NCBI GenBank assembly: GCA_963752595.1
Contig: CAVVYZ010000030.1
Span: 64,001-128,000, forward strand
Source of the DNA: an uncultured delta proteobacterium
Lineage (GTDB): Bacteria; Desulfobacterota; Desulfomonilia; UBA1062
Length of the DNA stretch: 64,000 bases
Reading direction: 5' to 3'
The notes under the pieces are model-generated. The model was not told where the DNA came from and did no database searches. It saw only the letters and a list, made by a program, of their open reading frames with translations. The translations under genes and the position numbers were made by a program. This document shows positions 45,520 through 56,500 of the stretch, one piece after another (positions within the stretch are counted from its first letter, which is position 1; every line of letters starts with the position of its first letter).

Positions 45520-46710
45520 ATGAATGTACTTCTCGAAGGAATCAGGATACTCGATTTCAGCTATCTCCTGCCCGGCCCGTTTGCAACCATGATGCTCTCC
45601 GATCTCGGCGCCGAGGTTCTTCGGGTGGAATCACCCAGCAGGATAGATATGGCACGTCTGGCACCCCCCTTTGTTGATAAAGATCAGCAGGTTTCCTGCA
45701 TGCATGCCACGCTGAACAGGAACAAGAAATCAATCGCCCTTGACTTAAAATCCTCCCGGAGCATCGACATCATCCAGGGGCTCATCAAGGACAAGGGGTA
45801 TGACGTCATCGTCGAGCAGTTCCGTCCAGGTGCCATGGCTCGTCTCGGGCTGTCTTATGAGTGTCTTGCCCGGCTCTGTCCGGGACTCATCTACTGCTCC
45901 ATTACCGGCTACGGTCAGACCGGGCCCTTAAGGGACAGGGCAGGCCATGATATCAACTATCTCTCCCTTTCGGGCATCATGAGTTATTCCGGCAGGGAAC
46001 GCACCGGTCCGTGCCAGATGGGAATCCAGGTGGCCGATGTCGGTTCCGGATCGAATAACGCAGTCATAGGGATCCTTGCGGCAATTATCCACCGGATGAA
46101 GACCGGCGAGGGGCAGTATATCGATATATCCATGACTGACGGGATGTTTCCCCACCATGTGGTCAGCGGCATCAGGACGCTCGTCGGCGATGCGGACCCG
46201 GGGCTGGAGACGGAGCTGCTCAACGGTGCATCCCTCTATGGGTTTTACGAGACCTCCGATGGTCAGTACCTCTCGTTCGGGGGGCTGGAGCCGCAATTCC
46301 TCACGGCTTTTCTCAAAGCGCTCGGGCTCGAAGGGTATATCGATCGCCTCATGGAGCCGGAGATTACCAGTGAGATCAAAGTTCAGGCGGCTGAAAAGAT
46401 ACGTTCCCGGACGAGGGAGCATTGGATAGAGGTTTTTAGCACTGCCGATGCCTGTGTGGAGCCCGTGCTCACGGTGTCGGAATCTGTTTCAAGCGGCCAT
46501 GCCGCTGCTCGTGGGCTCGTTGTCGAAGTACCAGGCCCGGATGGATTGCCAATCAGGCAGATCGGCCTTCCCATACACTTCTCAGGATATGCACCTCAGT
46601 ACCAGTGGGCCGGCCCTTCATTGGGGCAGCACACAACCGAGATTCTCCAATCTCTTGGAATAGCAGACCAGGAGATCGGGGATATGAAATCCAAAGGAAT
46701 TATCGGCTGA
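45520..46710 (+). CDS. family III (CaiB/BaiF) CoA-transferase / acyl-CoA racemase-like
   Basis: GIRILDFSYLLPGPFAT, NRNKKSIALDLK, EQFRPG, CSITGYGQTGP, AGHDINY, QVAD. Confidence 0.93.
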   Translation: MNVLLEGIRILDFSYLLPGPFATMMLSDLGAEVLRVESPSRIDMARLAPPFVDKDQQVSCMHATLNRNKKSIALDLKSSRSIDIIQGLIKDKGYDVIVEQFRPGAMARLGLSYECLARLCPGLIYCSITGYGQTGPLRDRAGHDINYLSLSGIMSYSGRERTGPCQMGIQVADVGSGSNNAVIGILAAIIHRMKTGEGQYIDISMTDGMFPHHVVSGIRTLVGDADPGLETELLNGASLYGFYETSDGQYLSFGGLEPQFLTAFLKALGLEGYIDRLMEPEITSEIKVQAAEKIRSRTREHWIEVFSTADACVEPVLTVSESVSSGHAAARGLVVEVPGPDGLPIRQIGLPIHFSGYAPQYQWAGPSLGQHTTEILQSLGIADQEIGDMKSKGIIG

Positions 46711-46741
46711 TGAAAAAGCATATGAAAGGGGGAAGTAAGTT

Positions 46742-48199
46742 ATGGTTGGTATTACATCTTACGGAGGGTACATACCGCGCTATCGTTTAAGCCGCATGAC
46801 GATCATCCAGAATATGGCGTGGTATTTCCCGGTAATCATGGCAGTAGCCGGAGGGGAAAAGGCGGTTGCGAACTGGGATGAGGACAGTCTGAGCATGGCG
46901 GTTGCTGCGGCCTGTGACTGCATGGCCGCAAAGGACAGAAAGTCTCTTGGCGGGGTGTTCTTTGCCTCTACCACCATGCCGTTTGCAGACCGGCTCAATG
47001 CGGGGATCATCGCTGCAGCCCTGAATGCCCCGGAAGGCGGTGTCACGAATGCGGATTTCGGTTCATGCCTGAAGTCAGGCACCACGGCGGCGATCTCAGC
47101 CTTGGAGGCTGTTGAATCCGGGCAAAGGAACAATGTGCTTGTGGCTGCATCCGACTTGAGAAAGTCGAAGATGGCGACCATGGCTCGAGATGTTCACCGG
47201 AGACGGTGCAGCGGCAGTGCTCTTCGGAAGAGACAATGTCATTGCCGAGTTCAAGGGCAGCTATTCGATGAGTTATGATTTCATCGATCATTATAAGGGA
47301 TTCGGCAAGGATTATGACTATCTTTGGGAAGAGAGATGGGTAAGGGATGAAGGGTACGGGAAAATCATACCCCAGGCCATACAAGGCTTTCTGAAAAAAT
47401 ATGGGGCCTCGATTGCGGATTTCGATAAGGTCATCTACCCTTGCTATTTCACCGGCACGCACCGCGAGATAGCCAAGAGACTCGGCATCGATCCTTCAAG
47501 GGTGCAGGACAATCTGCATACGTCTGCGGGGATACCGGAACAGCCCATCCTCTTATCATGCTCTCTGCCGCGCTCGAAGAGGCGAAACCGGGTGATAAAC
47601 TCCTTCTGGCAGGCTTCGGACAGGGATGCGATGTGTTGGGCTTCGAAGCAACAGACAGAATCAAGGGGTTCAAGCCTGCCCGTGGAGTAGCAGGCTCTCT
47701 CGCTGCCAAAGTGGACCTGGTCAGTTACCAGAAGTATGCCAAATTCAAAGACCTCATTGCCGCCGATCTCGGGATCAGGGGCGAGGCGAACCCGAATACG
47801 TCTCTCACCGCTTTATGGCGCAAGCACAAGATGATCTTAGGCTTCGTTGGGGCGAAGTGCATGAAGTGCGGGACACCTCAATTTCCCCCGCAGCCCATGT
47901 GCGTAAACCCTGAATGCAACGAGGTAGGCCGGTTCGAAGATTATGAGTTCGCCGATAAAACTGGCAATATCCAGATGTTCACCGGCGACCTGCTCTCGCC
48001 TTCGGTCGACCCCCCGGCTGTGTACGGCCTCGTAGAATTCGACGGAGGCGGGAAGGCGTTCCTCGACTTCACCGACTGCGATCTGAACCAGGTCAAGGTG
48101 GGAATGCCCATCACGATGTCTTTCAGGAGAAGGGTCCAGGACCGGGTGCGTGGCTTCACCGGATATTTCTGGAAGGCCGTCCCGCAGGTCGCAGGGTAA
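46742..48199 (+). CDS. HMG-CoA-synthase-like protein fused to DUF35 (Zn-ribbon + OB-fold); two frameshifts
   Basis: MVGITSYGGYIPRYR, DEDSLSMAV, GDGAAAVL, GDTGTA; C-terminal CMKCG..QFP....CVNPEC and OB-fold ending YFWKAVP. Confidence 0.85.
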
Positions 48200-48210
48200 G
48201 GGGGTGCGAG

Positions 48211-49424
48211 ATGGCGAGCGGAATAAGAGATAAGGTTGCAATCATCGGGATGGGATGCACGAAATTCGGTGAGCGATGGAATGACGGTCCGGAAGAACTG
48301 ATGGTTGAAGCATTCCAGGAATGCATCCAGGATGCCGGGATCGAGAAGAAAGAGATCCAGGCTGCATGGCTGGGCACTTGTTTTGATGAGATCATGGTGG
48401 GAAAGAGCGCCCTGTCGGCTGTCCATGTCGCTCTGAGGCTTCCCAATATCGCGGTCACCAGGGTGGAGAATTTCTGCGCCAGCGGAACCGAGGCTTTCAG
48501 GGGCGCGGTCTATGCCGTGGCGTCGGGCGCCTGTGACTTTGCCCTGGCCATGGGGGTGGAGAAGCTCAAGGATATCGGCTACGGCGGCCTGCCCGAGTTC
48601 AGCTCTGCCATGGGTACGACGAATTCGCTGTGGTTCCCGAACCTGACCGCACCCGGCGGGTTTGCCATGCTGGCCACCGGCTATGCGGCGAAATACGGCA
48701 TCGATATCATGGATGTCAAGAGGGCCATGGCCCATGTATCGGTCAAGAGCCATGCAAACGGGCGCCAAGAATCCCAAGGCGCATCTGAGAAAGCCGGTGA
48801 CCGAAGAGCAGGTCCTGAATGTCGCCCATGATCGCCTTCCCCCTGGGGCTTTTCGACTGCTGCGGGGTAAGCGACGGTTCCGCCTGCGCCATCGTCACCA
48901 CCCCGGAGATCGCGAAAACGCTTGGGAAAAAGGACATCGTCTCGGTGAAGGCCCTCCAGCTTGCCCTGAGCAACGGGACGGAGATGGCCTACGACTGGGA
49001 CGGGGCCCATTTCATCACCACGACCAAGGCGAGCAAGGCGGCATACGAGGAGGCGGGCATCAAGAACCCGCGGGAGGAGATCAGCATGATGGAGGTGCAC
49101 GACTGCTTCTCCATCACCGAGCTGGTGACCATGGAAGACCTCCACATCTCGGAGAGGGGCAAGGCGCCCAAGGATATCATGGACGGGTTCTACGACCTGG
49201 ACGGGAAGGTCCCCTGCCAGGTGGACGGCGGGCTGAAGTGCTTCGGCCACCCCATCGGCGCCTCCGGCCTGCGGATGCTCTACGAGATGTACCTCCAGCT
49301 TCTCGGGCAGGGCCGGCGAAAGGCAGCTCAAGGACCCGAGATTCGGCCTGACCCACAACCTGGGCGGGTTCCCGATGATGAACGTCTGCAGCATCGCCAT
49401 CGTCGGGAAGATATCGAGGCATAA
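48211..49424 (+). CDS. SCP2-type / archaeal-type thiolase; frameshifted
   Basis: VAIIGMGCTKFGE, VENFCASGTEA (Cys), NPKAH, CCGVSDG, EVHDCF, GHPIGASG. Confidence 0.9.
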
Positions 49425-49442
49425 TTGAAAAGAGGAGGTGTC

Positions 49443-49895
49443 ATGGCTGATATTCGAAGGTCGGCAAGGAGTATCGCTCCGATAGCCTGGGAGGTTGAAC
49501 GAGGCAAGATCCGGGAAATGGCAAGGGCGATCGGCGACCCGAACCCGATTTACCTCGACAGGGAGGCGGCGATAAAAGAAGGATACAGGGATACCCCGGC
49601 GCCTCCGACCTTCCTCACCGTCCCCATGATGTGGTGCGCGTCCATGCCCGTAATGATCAATGACCTCAAGATCAATTTCTTCATGGTCCTCCACGGGGAA
49701 GAGGAATACGAATATTACCGGGAGATCTATCCCGGCGACATCGATCACCGGCATCCCGAAGGTCGTCAACATCGAGGAGAAGACGAGCAAGTCGGGCAGC
49801 GAAAATGGACATGGTCACCCTCGAGATCCTCTATAAAAACCAGAACAGGGAAAAGGTCGCAAAAGCCAGGACGCTTGCTGGTCGAGAGGAAATAG
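49443..49895 (+). CDS. MaoC-like hot-dog dehydratase, FAS1-type N-terminal half; frameshifted
   Basis: VERGKIREMARAIGDPNPIY, APPTF, VLHGEEEYEY. Confidence 0.85.
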   Translation: MADIRRSARSIAPIAWEVERGKIREMARAIGDPNPIYLDREAAIKEGYRDTPAPPTFLTVPMMWCASMPVMINDLKINFFMVLHGEEEYEYYREIYPGDIDHRHPEGRQHRGEDEQVGQRKWTWSPSRSSIKTRTGKRSQKPGRLLVERK

Positions 49896-49906
49896 GAGGC
49901 TCGACA

Positions 49907-50383
49907 ATGGTCGGAGAGCAAGAGTATATATTATCGAAGACTGTTCAGATCACGTGGCGATCAGATGCCTGACGCTCTGTAAAGGGTCCGGTCCTGAAGC
50001 TCCAGCATGTCATGTATGCAGGCGCATCAGGCGATTTCAATCCGCTGCACACGGATGATGATTTTGCGCGGGCGGTGGGCATGAAAGACGGCGTGATCAC
50101 CCACGGCATGCTCGTCATGGGGTTCGTGGGCCAGGCCATCACGAGCTGGGTGCCGAAGAAGATGCCTGAAGGTTTCGGCGTGCGATTTGCCGGGATGACC
50201 AGGCCGGGGAATACCATCACCATAACCGGCACGGTGATGGAAAAGAAGCAGGAAGCGGGGGAGAACCTCGTTACCTGCGAGGTCAGTTGCCGGGATGAGA
50301 CAGGTGATGTAAAGATAACGGGAAGCTTTTCCGCGGCACTGCCGTCGAAGAGGGCTGATCGAACGAATGCGAGGAGGGAATGA
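49907..50383 (+). CDS. MaoC family (R)-enoyl-CoA hydratase catalytic subunit; 5' frameshifts
   Basis: YAGASGDFNPLHTD hydratase-2 motif, ITHGML, VRFAG. Confidence 0.85.
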
Positions 50384-50386
50384 AGT

Positions 50387-51298
50387 ATGGCAAAGATCGA
50401 TTTTACCGGGAGAGTTGCGATCGTTACCGGCGCAGGAGCCGGGCTTGGGAGGCAGTATGCCCTCGAGCTGGCGAAACGCGGGCGCGAAGGTGGTGGTGAA
50501 CGACCTGGGCGGGACCCGGGACGGCGTCGGGCTCGAGCGATGCTGCGGCGAACAAGGTGGTGGACGAGATCAAGGCCCTGGGCGGCCAGGCAGTCCCGAA
50601 CTATGACAACGTGGCGACGGTCCAGGGCGGGGAGAACATCGTGAAGACAGCCGTCGATGCCTTCGGCAAGGTGGATATCCTCATCAACAATGCCGGAATC
50701 CTCAGGGACAAGACCTTCACCAAGATGGAGGAGGAGAACTGGGATGCGGTCATGAACGTGCACCTCAGGGGCGCCTACTGCGTCACGCAAGCCGGCCTTC
50801 ACCAATATGCGGGAGAACGGCTACGGCAGGATCATCATGACCACCTCGGGCGCGGGGCTGTTCGGGAACTTCGGGCAGAGCAACTATGCGTCGGCCAAGA
50901 TGGGGCTCATCGGGCTCACCAATGTGCTCAAGCTCGAGGGGGCAAAGTACAACATCAAGACCAACGTGATCGTCCCCGTAGCCGCCTCCCGGCTCACCGA
51001 GGATGTGCTTCCGCCGCAGTTCTTCGAGAAGATGAAGCCCGATTTCATCACTCCTGCGGTGCTCTACATGTGCTCGGAGGAGTGCAAGGATTCGGGCATG
51101 ATCATCAATGCGACCCTGGGATATTACAGCCGGACGGCCATCGTCACCGGGCCCGGCGCAATCCTCTCCGACGGCAAGCAAGATCCCGAGCCCGAAGAGG
51201 TCATGGAGAACTGGGACAAGATCAAGAGCCTGGAGAACCCGAAATATTTCGATCAGCTCCCCGAGATGTTCGGCGTCCTGGGGCCGCTGCTTTCGTAA
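50387..51298 (+). CDS. SDR oxidoreductase, MFE-2-like (R)-3-hydroxyacyl-CoA dehydrogenase; frameshifted
   Basis: [35 protein letters not shown]. Confidence 0.88.
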
Positions 51299-51464
51299 CC
51301 GGTGTGAGGGGATAAGTGGGGCTCTTTTAAGCGTTTTATATTTTTATATAAAGAGCATGGAGTGGTATTCCCGTGGAGACAGAGAATCCAGGTACACGCC
51401 TTGATTTGTGGATTCCTGTCTTCATGGGATTGACACTTTACCCGTCTGTTTCTAAACGCGCCCT

Positions 51465-52152
51465 TTAGATGAGACCTCCGGCACGACAATAAAGCGGACC
51501 ATATACTTCTCGGGCAGAAACAGGACGGCATGATCCCGACTCCACGGCGCCAACCGTGATTATATACCGCTTGTTCCTGTCGAGAGAAATATCCTTATCA
51601 GCTTGGACAGGAATTTTTACCGGAGGTTGAATGCTGATATCCAGGATGGAGGGTCTGTGGGAGTGGCCTCTGAACAGGATCGTGAATGGAACGCTTTCAT
51701 CCCCGAGGAGCGAAGGGAGGAACTCGGAAAGAGGCCTCTTCGTAGCAGCGGGATAGTTGTATGGGGCCGAATGCGTGAAGCACACCGACCCGAACTTCAG
51801 GGTGTAGGGCAATTCGCTGAACAGGGAGACCACCTCAGGAGGAGCATATTCTTTGCTTGCAGTCCCGATATCGTGCAGGATTGTGCATTCGTTATTTCCC
51901 CTTACCGCCTTGATATGTATTTTTATGCAAGATATCAAATGCTTGAGAGATGATATGAGGGCTCAGGGAATCGCACATATCCCCGAGGTGTATGAGGTTC
52001 TCCGCCCCAAGAGCCCTCAATAACTTGATTGCGCTTTTGAGGAGACCGTTCTTCCCGTGACTGTCAGACATGATGCCTATGGGCGTGGTGAGCATAGCCG
52101 ATTCCATATCCCAGGGATAATGGATTTGCCGGATCTTTTCAATCATCTTCAA
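51465..52152 (-). CDS. metallophosphoesterase (YfcE-like); frameshifted
   Basis: IMSDSHG, HLGDMCD, VRGNNE, FTHS, RGHSH, TVGAV. Confidence 0.8.
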
Positions 52153-52264
52153 AGGAAGATATATGCATCGAAGAATGCACCATATTGATTGACAGATAGG
52201 ATAAGAGCTGTTATTTTAAAGTTTAAAGTAAAGCTTTAAAACATCCTTCTCCAGGAGGTCTGCA

Positions 52265-53766
52265 ATGGCCGAATATGATGTGGTGGTAATCGGAGCGGGA
52301 AACGGCGGGCTTACCGGCGCGCTTACCCTGGCAAAGGCAGGACGGAAGGTGTTGCTCCTCGAACGGCACAATGTCCCCGGCGGGTGCGCCACGAGCTTTG
52401 TGCGCGGCAGGTTCGAGTTCGAGGTGGCTCTCCACCAGCTGAGCGGCATGGGATCTGACGAAAGGCCGGGCCCCCTGAGGTCGGTTCTTGGCGAGCTGGG
52501 CGTTATGGACAAGCTTGAGTTCGTGGAGATGGAGAACCTCTACCGGGTAGTCTGGCCTGGATACGTTCGACATCACCCTCGAAGGCCGAGCGGGGAGCGA
52601 TCATCGAAGACCCTCCAGGAGCGCTTTCCCAAGGAGAAGGAGGCAATCCCGAAGTTCTTCGACCTTGTCTACGGCTTCAGCATGGAGATGGTCCAGGGGC
52701 TCTTCTTCCGCGATCCCGCGATATCCAAGGAAAAATATCCCCTGTTACTTCAAATATGCCTTCACACCCACCCAGAAGGTCCTCGACGAGTTTTTTGACG
52801 ATCCCTCTTCTGAAGGCCGTGCTCAGCATCTACTGGTCATATGTCGGAGTACCGCCCAGGTGGATGCCCTTCGGCGATTTTGCCATCATGCTCTTCGCCT
52901 ACATCGAGTTCAAGCCCTACCACCTCAAAGGAGGGTCCCAGGCCCTCTCCAATGCCCTGCTCGACGAGTTCCTCTCGAGCGGCGGCGAGGCAAGGTTCAA
53001 CTGCGGGGCGCAGAAGATCGATATCACGAACGGCCGGATAACCGGCGTAACCACCGAGCACGGGGACACGGTATCAACTCGCTACGTGCTCTCCAATGCC
53101 AGCGTCTCGGAGACCTACCTCAACCTCATGGACCCCGACCAGATGCCCCGGGATGCCCTGGAGGCATACCGGAGCTCCACCATCGGCCCATCCGCGTTCA
53201 CCATCTACATGGGATTCGACTGCGAGCCCGGCGAGATGGGCATACAAGAAACAACGAATTTCATCACTACCACGACGGACATGGACAAGGCCTTCTCCCA
53301 GTGGAAGACCACTGGAACAGCAGGAGGTGGGGGCTGCTCACCTGCTACGATGTCTCGGATCCCGAGCTTCTCACCCACAGGGAGCATCCCAGGCGGCATT
53401 CGTGGCGCTGCAGTACGCCGATCCCTGGTACCTCGTCCCTCCTCATCAGTACTACGACACCAAGTACCGGTACGCAGACGGCATGCTCAAGCTCGCAGAG
53501 AGAGTGTTCCCCGGCATCAGGGGTCATATCGAGGAGATGGAGGTGGCGACACCCATGACCCACTTACGCTATCTCGGGCATCCCGGAGGCGCCATCTACG
53601 GCTTTGATCAGTTTGCCAAGGATACCTCCTACTTCATGACCAACACTTCGCCTGTCCAAGGGCTTTACTTTGCAGGGGCATGGGCAGGCTCGGGGGCTTC
53701 CAGCCGACACTTACCTCGGGAAGATCTTCGGCGCGTGCGATCCTGAAATCCATGGCAAAGGGTTAA
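52265..53766 (+). CDS. phytoene-desaturase (CrtI)-family FAD-dependent oxidoreductase; frameshifted
   Basis: VVIGAGNGG, LERHNVPGGCATSF, KGGSQALS, SAFTIYMG, ATPMT..RY..HPGGAIYG, GLYFAGAW. Confidence 0.87.
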
Positions 53767-53780
53767 AGAGGAGGACCGGT

Positions 53781-54975
53781 ATGAGTTTAAAAGATGTTCT
53801 GAAAGATATCGAAGGGTACCAGGAGATCAGGGAAGAAATCAATATCCTGAAAAAATACGGCACGGATTATTCCACCCAAAGGGGTCAGGCCAGGAAGGTC
53901 CTGGATCTGCTTCATCCCGGAAAACTAAAATTGCGAGTTTCAGAGGTCATTAGTGAAACTAAGAGCACAAAGACCTTCAGGATGATTTCAGCTGACGGAT
54001 ACCTGCCACCTTTCCAGGCCGGGCAATATATTAACCTCGTCATTGAAACAGGAGGAATTGTCACCAGCAGGGATTACAGCATTTCCTCAGCTCCGGGGCA
54101 GACAGCCTTTTATGATATCACGGTGCGGCAGCTTGGTGACGGTTTCGTATCAGATTATCTCCTGAACGATGTAAAGGTGGGAGACGAATTCGAGAGCAGC
54201 TCTCCTGCCGGGAATTTTTATCACAACCCCCTCATCCACGGGAACGATCTGGTATTTCTTGCCGGAGGGAGCGGGATTACCCCGTTCATGAGCATGATCC
54301 GCGAGGCTTCCGGCAGAGGTCTTGATCGTCGTATTCACCTGATTTATGGCAGCCGGACCCCTGATGATGTGATCTTTGAACAGGAAATCGAGGACCTTTC
54401 CCGGAAACACCCGAATTTCAATTGGACACTCGTCATCTCGAATCCTCCGGAGGGATACACCGGCCGCACCGGTTTTATCACGGCTGATCTCATGAAAGAG
54501 ACCCTTGGAGGGGATTTATCGGGCAAGACATTTTTTGTTTGCGGCCCTGAGGCGATGTATACCTTCTGTGAGAAAGAGCTTTATCGTCTGGACATTCCCA
54601 GGAAAAATATCCGCACCGAGATGTACGGGCCGCCGAAGGACGTTGCCGGACAGCCTGGATGGCCTGCCGGCACCGGCCGTGACGAAATGGTCACTGTTTC
54701 CATAAAGAACGGAAAGTCAATCCAGGTGCGCACTACAGAACCCCTGATGAATTCACTAGAGCGAAACGGCATTGTCATCCCTGCCTTATGCAGGTCGGGT
54801 GAATGCAGCCTCTGCAGGACAAAACTCCTGAAAGGAAAGGTTTTTCAGCCCGAAGGGGTCAAGACTTAGGGCATCGGACCGAAGGTTCGGCTATATCCAC
54901 CCATGTATGGCTTTTCCCTTGAGCGATCTTGAAATCCTGCTGCCTAGTGGTGGATTCTCGAATTCATTTGGTTAA
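53781..54975 (+). CDS. FAD/NAD-binding oxidoreductase with C-terminal 2Fe-2S domain (Hcr/PaaE-like); frameshift near 54866
   Basis: PFQAGQYINL, RDYSISS, GFVS, LAGGSGITP, CGP, CRSGECSLC; shifted tail IHPCMAFPLSDLEI. Confidence 0.88.
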
Positions 54976-55332
54976 AAATGGCTGAAAATGCAATCTTGCA
55001 TATTGATTTATTACGAAATTTACAAATCGTATCTCCCTGAAAATTAGCTTCATTCATAGGTATTTTCTACATATAGTACATGAGCTGGAAAAGGGCTTAT
55101 CTGAGTGTTCTGCAAGCTTGACCAGCACCTAGGTATGTTATATGTGTTTTGCTGTCCTTATTTAATGATTAGCGTATCTTACAATTGGTCATTCCATGGA
55201 GATGGTTAATACACCGGGAATGGCGGAGCTTTGCTGTTAAAAGGGCTTATAATGATCTTGCATAAACGTGGTGAGGCTTTATTATCTCTTTCCAATTAAA
55301 TATCAACAAACAACATCACTTCTGGAGGGGAA

Positions 55333-56493
55333 ATGGCTGTACAGTTCATTGACTTACATACTCAGCAAACAAGGATTTATGATAAGATTCTGGAGAATAT
55401 CAAAAATGTCTTTTCTCATGGGCAATATATTATGGGTCCTGAAATCAAAATGCTGGAGAATCGATTGGGAGATTATGTCGGAGCGAAATATGCGGTTTCC
55501 TGCTCATCAGGAACCGATGCACTCCTGATGGCCCTTATGGCATATGGAGTTGGTCCCGGGGATGCCGTTTTCACCACCCCGTTTACTTTCGTAGCGACGG
55601 CCGAGGTAATTTCCTTGCTCGGTGCTACCCCGGTATTCGTCGACATCGATCCGGATACGTTCAATATCTCCCCTGCTCAAATCGATAAAGCTGTCACAGC
55701 ATTGGAGAACAAGGATCCGGGTATACATCCTCTACCAAAAGGATATGAGCAATTAAGGCCAAGAGGAGTCATTCCGGTGGATCTCTTCGGCCAGCCTGCA
55801 GATTATGAAAAGATCAATGCGATCGGCTCTGCTAGAAAACTCTTTGTCCTTGAGGATGCAGCGCAATCCTTTGGCGGAGAATATAAGGGGAAAAAGGCAT
55901 GCTCCCTCGCAGACATGGCAGCCACATCATTCTTTCCGGCAAAACCCCTTGGCTGCTATGGAGACGGCGGAATGGTGTTCACCGATAATGACGACTTGTA
56001 TGAACAGCTTACTTCTATCAGGGTACATGGAAAAGGCACTGACAAGTACGATAACATCAGGATCGGCATCAACGGCAGATGCGATACCCTCCAAGCAGCG
56101 ATTCTCCTGTCTAAATTCGAGATATTCCCTGAAGAGATCGATCTCAGGCAGAAGGTTGCCAAGCGCTATAGCGATTCGTTGAAGGATAGCCCAAACATCG
56201 AAACACCCCATATACAGAATGGCTTTCTTAGTGCCTGGGCGCAGTATTCGATCACCAGCAAAAAGAAAGAAGATATCTTAACTGCCCTCAAGAAGGCAGG
56301 CATTCCCACTGCTGTTTACTATCCCAAACCTCTCCATCTCCAGGGAGCGTACAGCTATCTGGGTCACAAGCCGGGTGATTTCCCTGTTTCAGAGGAAATA
56401 GCCGGTAAAATCTTCTCTCTGCCCATGCATCCGTATCTCACGGAGCAAGAGCAGAAGCAGATAACGGACGCAATCTTAAGTGCAGTAAGATAA
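55333..56493 (+). CDS. DegT/DnrJ/EryC1/StrS aminotransferase (WbpE-like)
   Basis: SGTDAL, EDAAQSFG, SFFPAKPLGCYGDGG. Confidence 0.92.
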   Translation: MAVQFIDLHTQQTRIYDKILENIKNVFSHGQYIMGPEIKMLENRLGDYVGAKYAVSCSSGTDALLMALMAYGVGPGDAVFTTPFTFVATAEVISLLGATPVFVDIDPDTFNISPAQIDKAVTALENKDPGIHPLPKGYEQLRPRGVIPVDLFGQPADYEKINAIGSARKLFVLEDAAQSFGGEYKGKKACSLADMAATSFFPAKPLGCYGDGGMVFTDNDDLYEQLTSIRVHGKGTDKYDNIRIGINGRCDTLQAAILLSKFEIFPEEIDLRQKVAKRYSDSLKDSPNIETPHIQNGFLSAWAQYSITSKKKEDILTALKKAGIPTAVYYPKPLHLQGAYSYLGHKPGDFPVSEEIAGKIFSLPMHPYLTEQEQKQITDAILSAVR

Positions 56494-56500
56494 CTCATGA

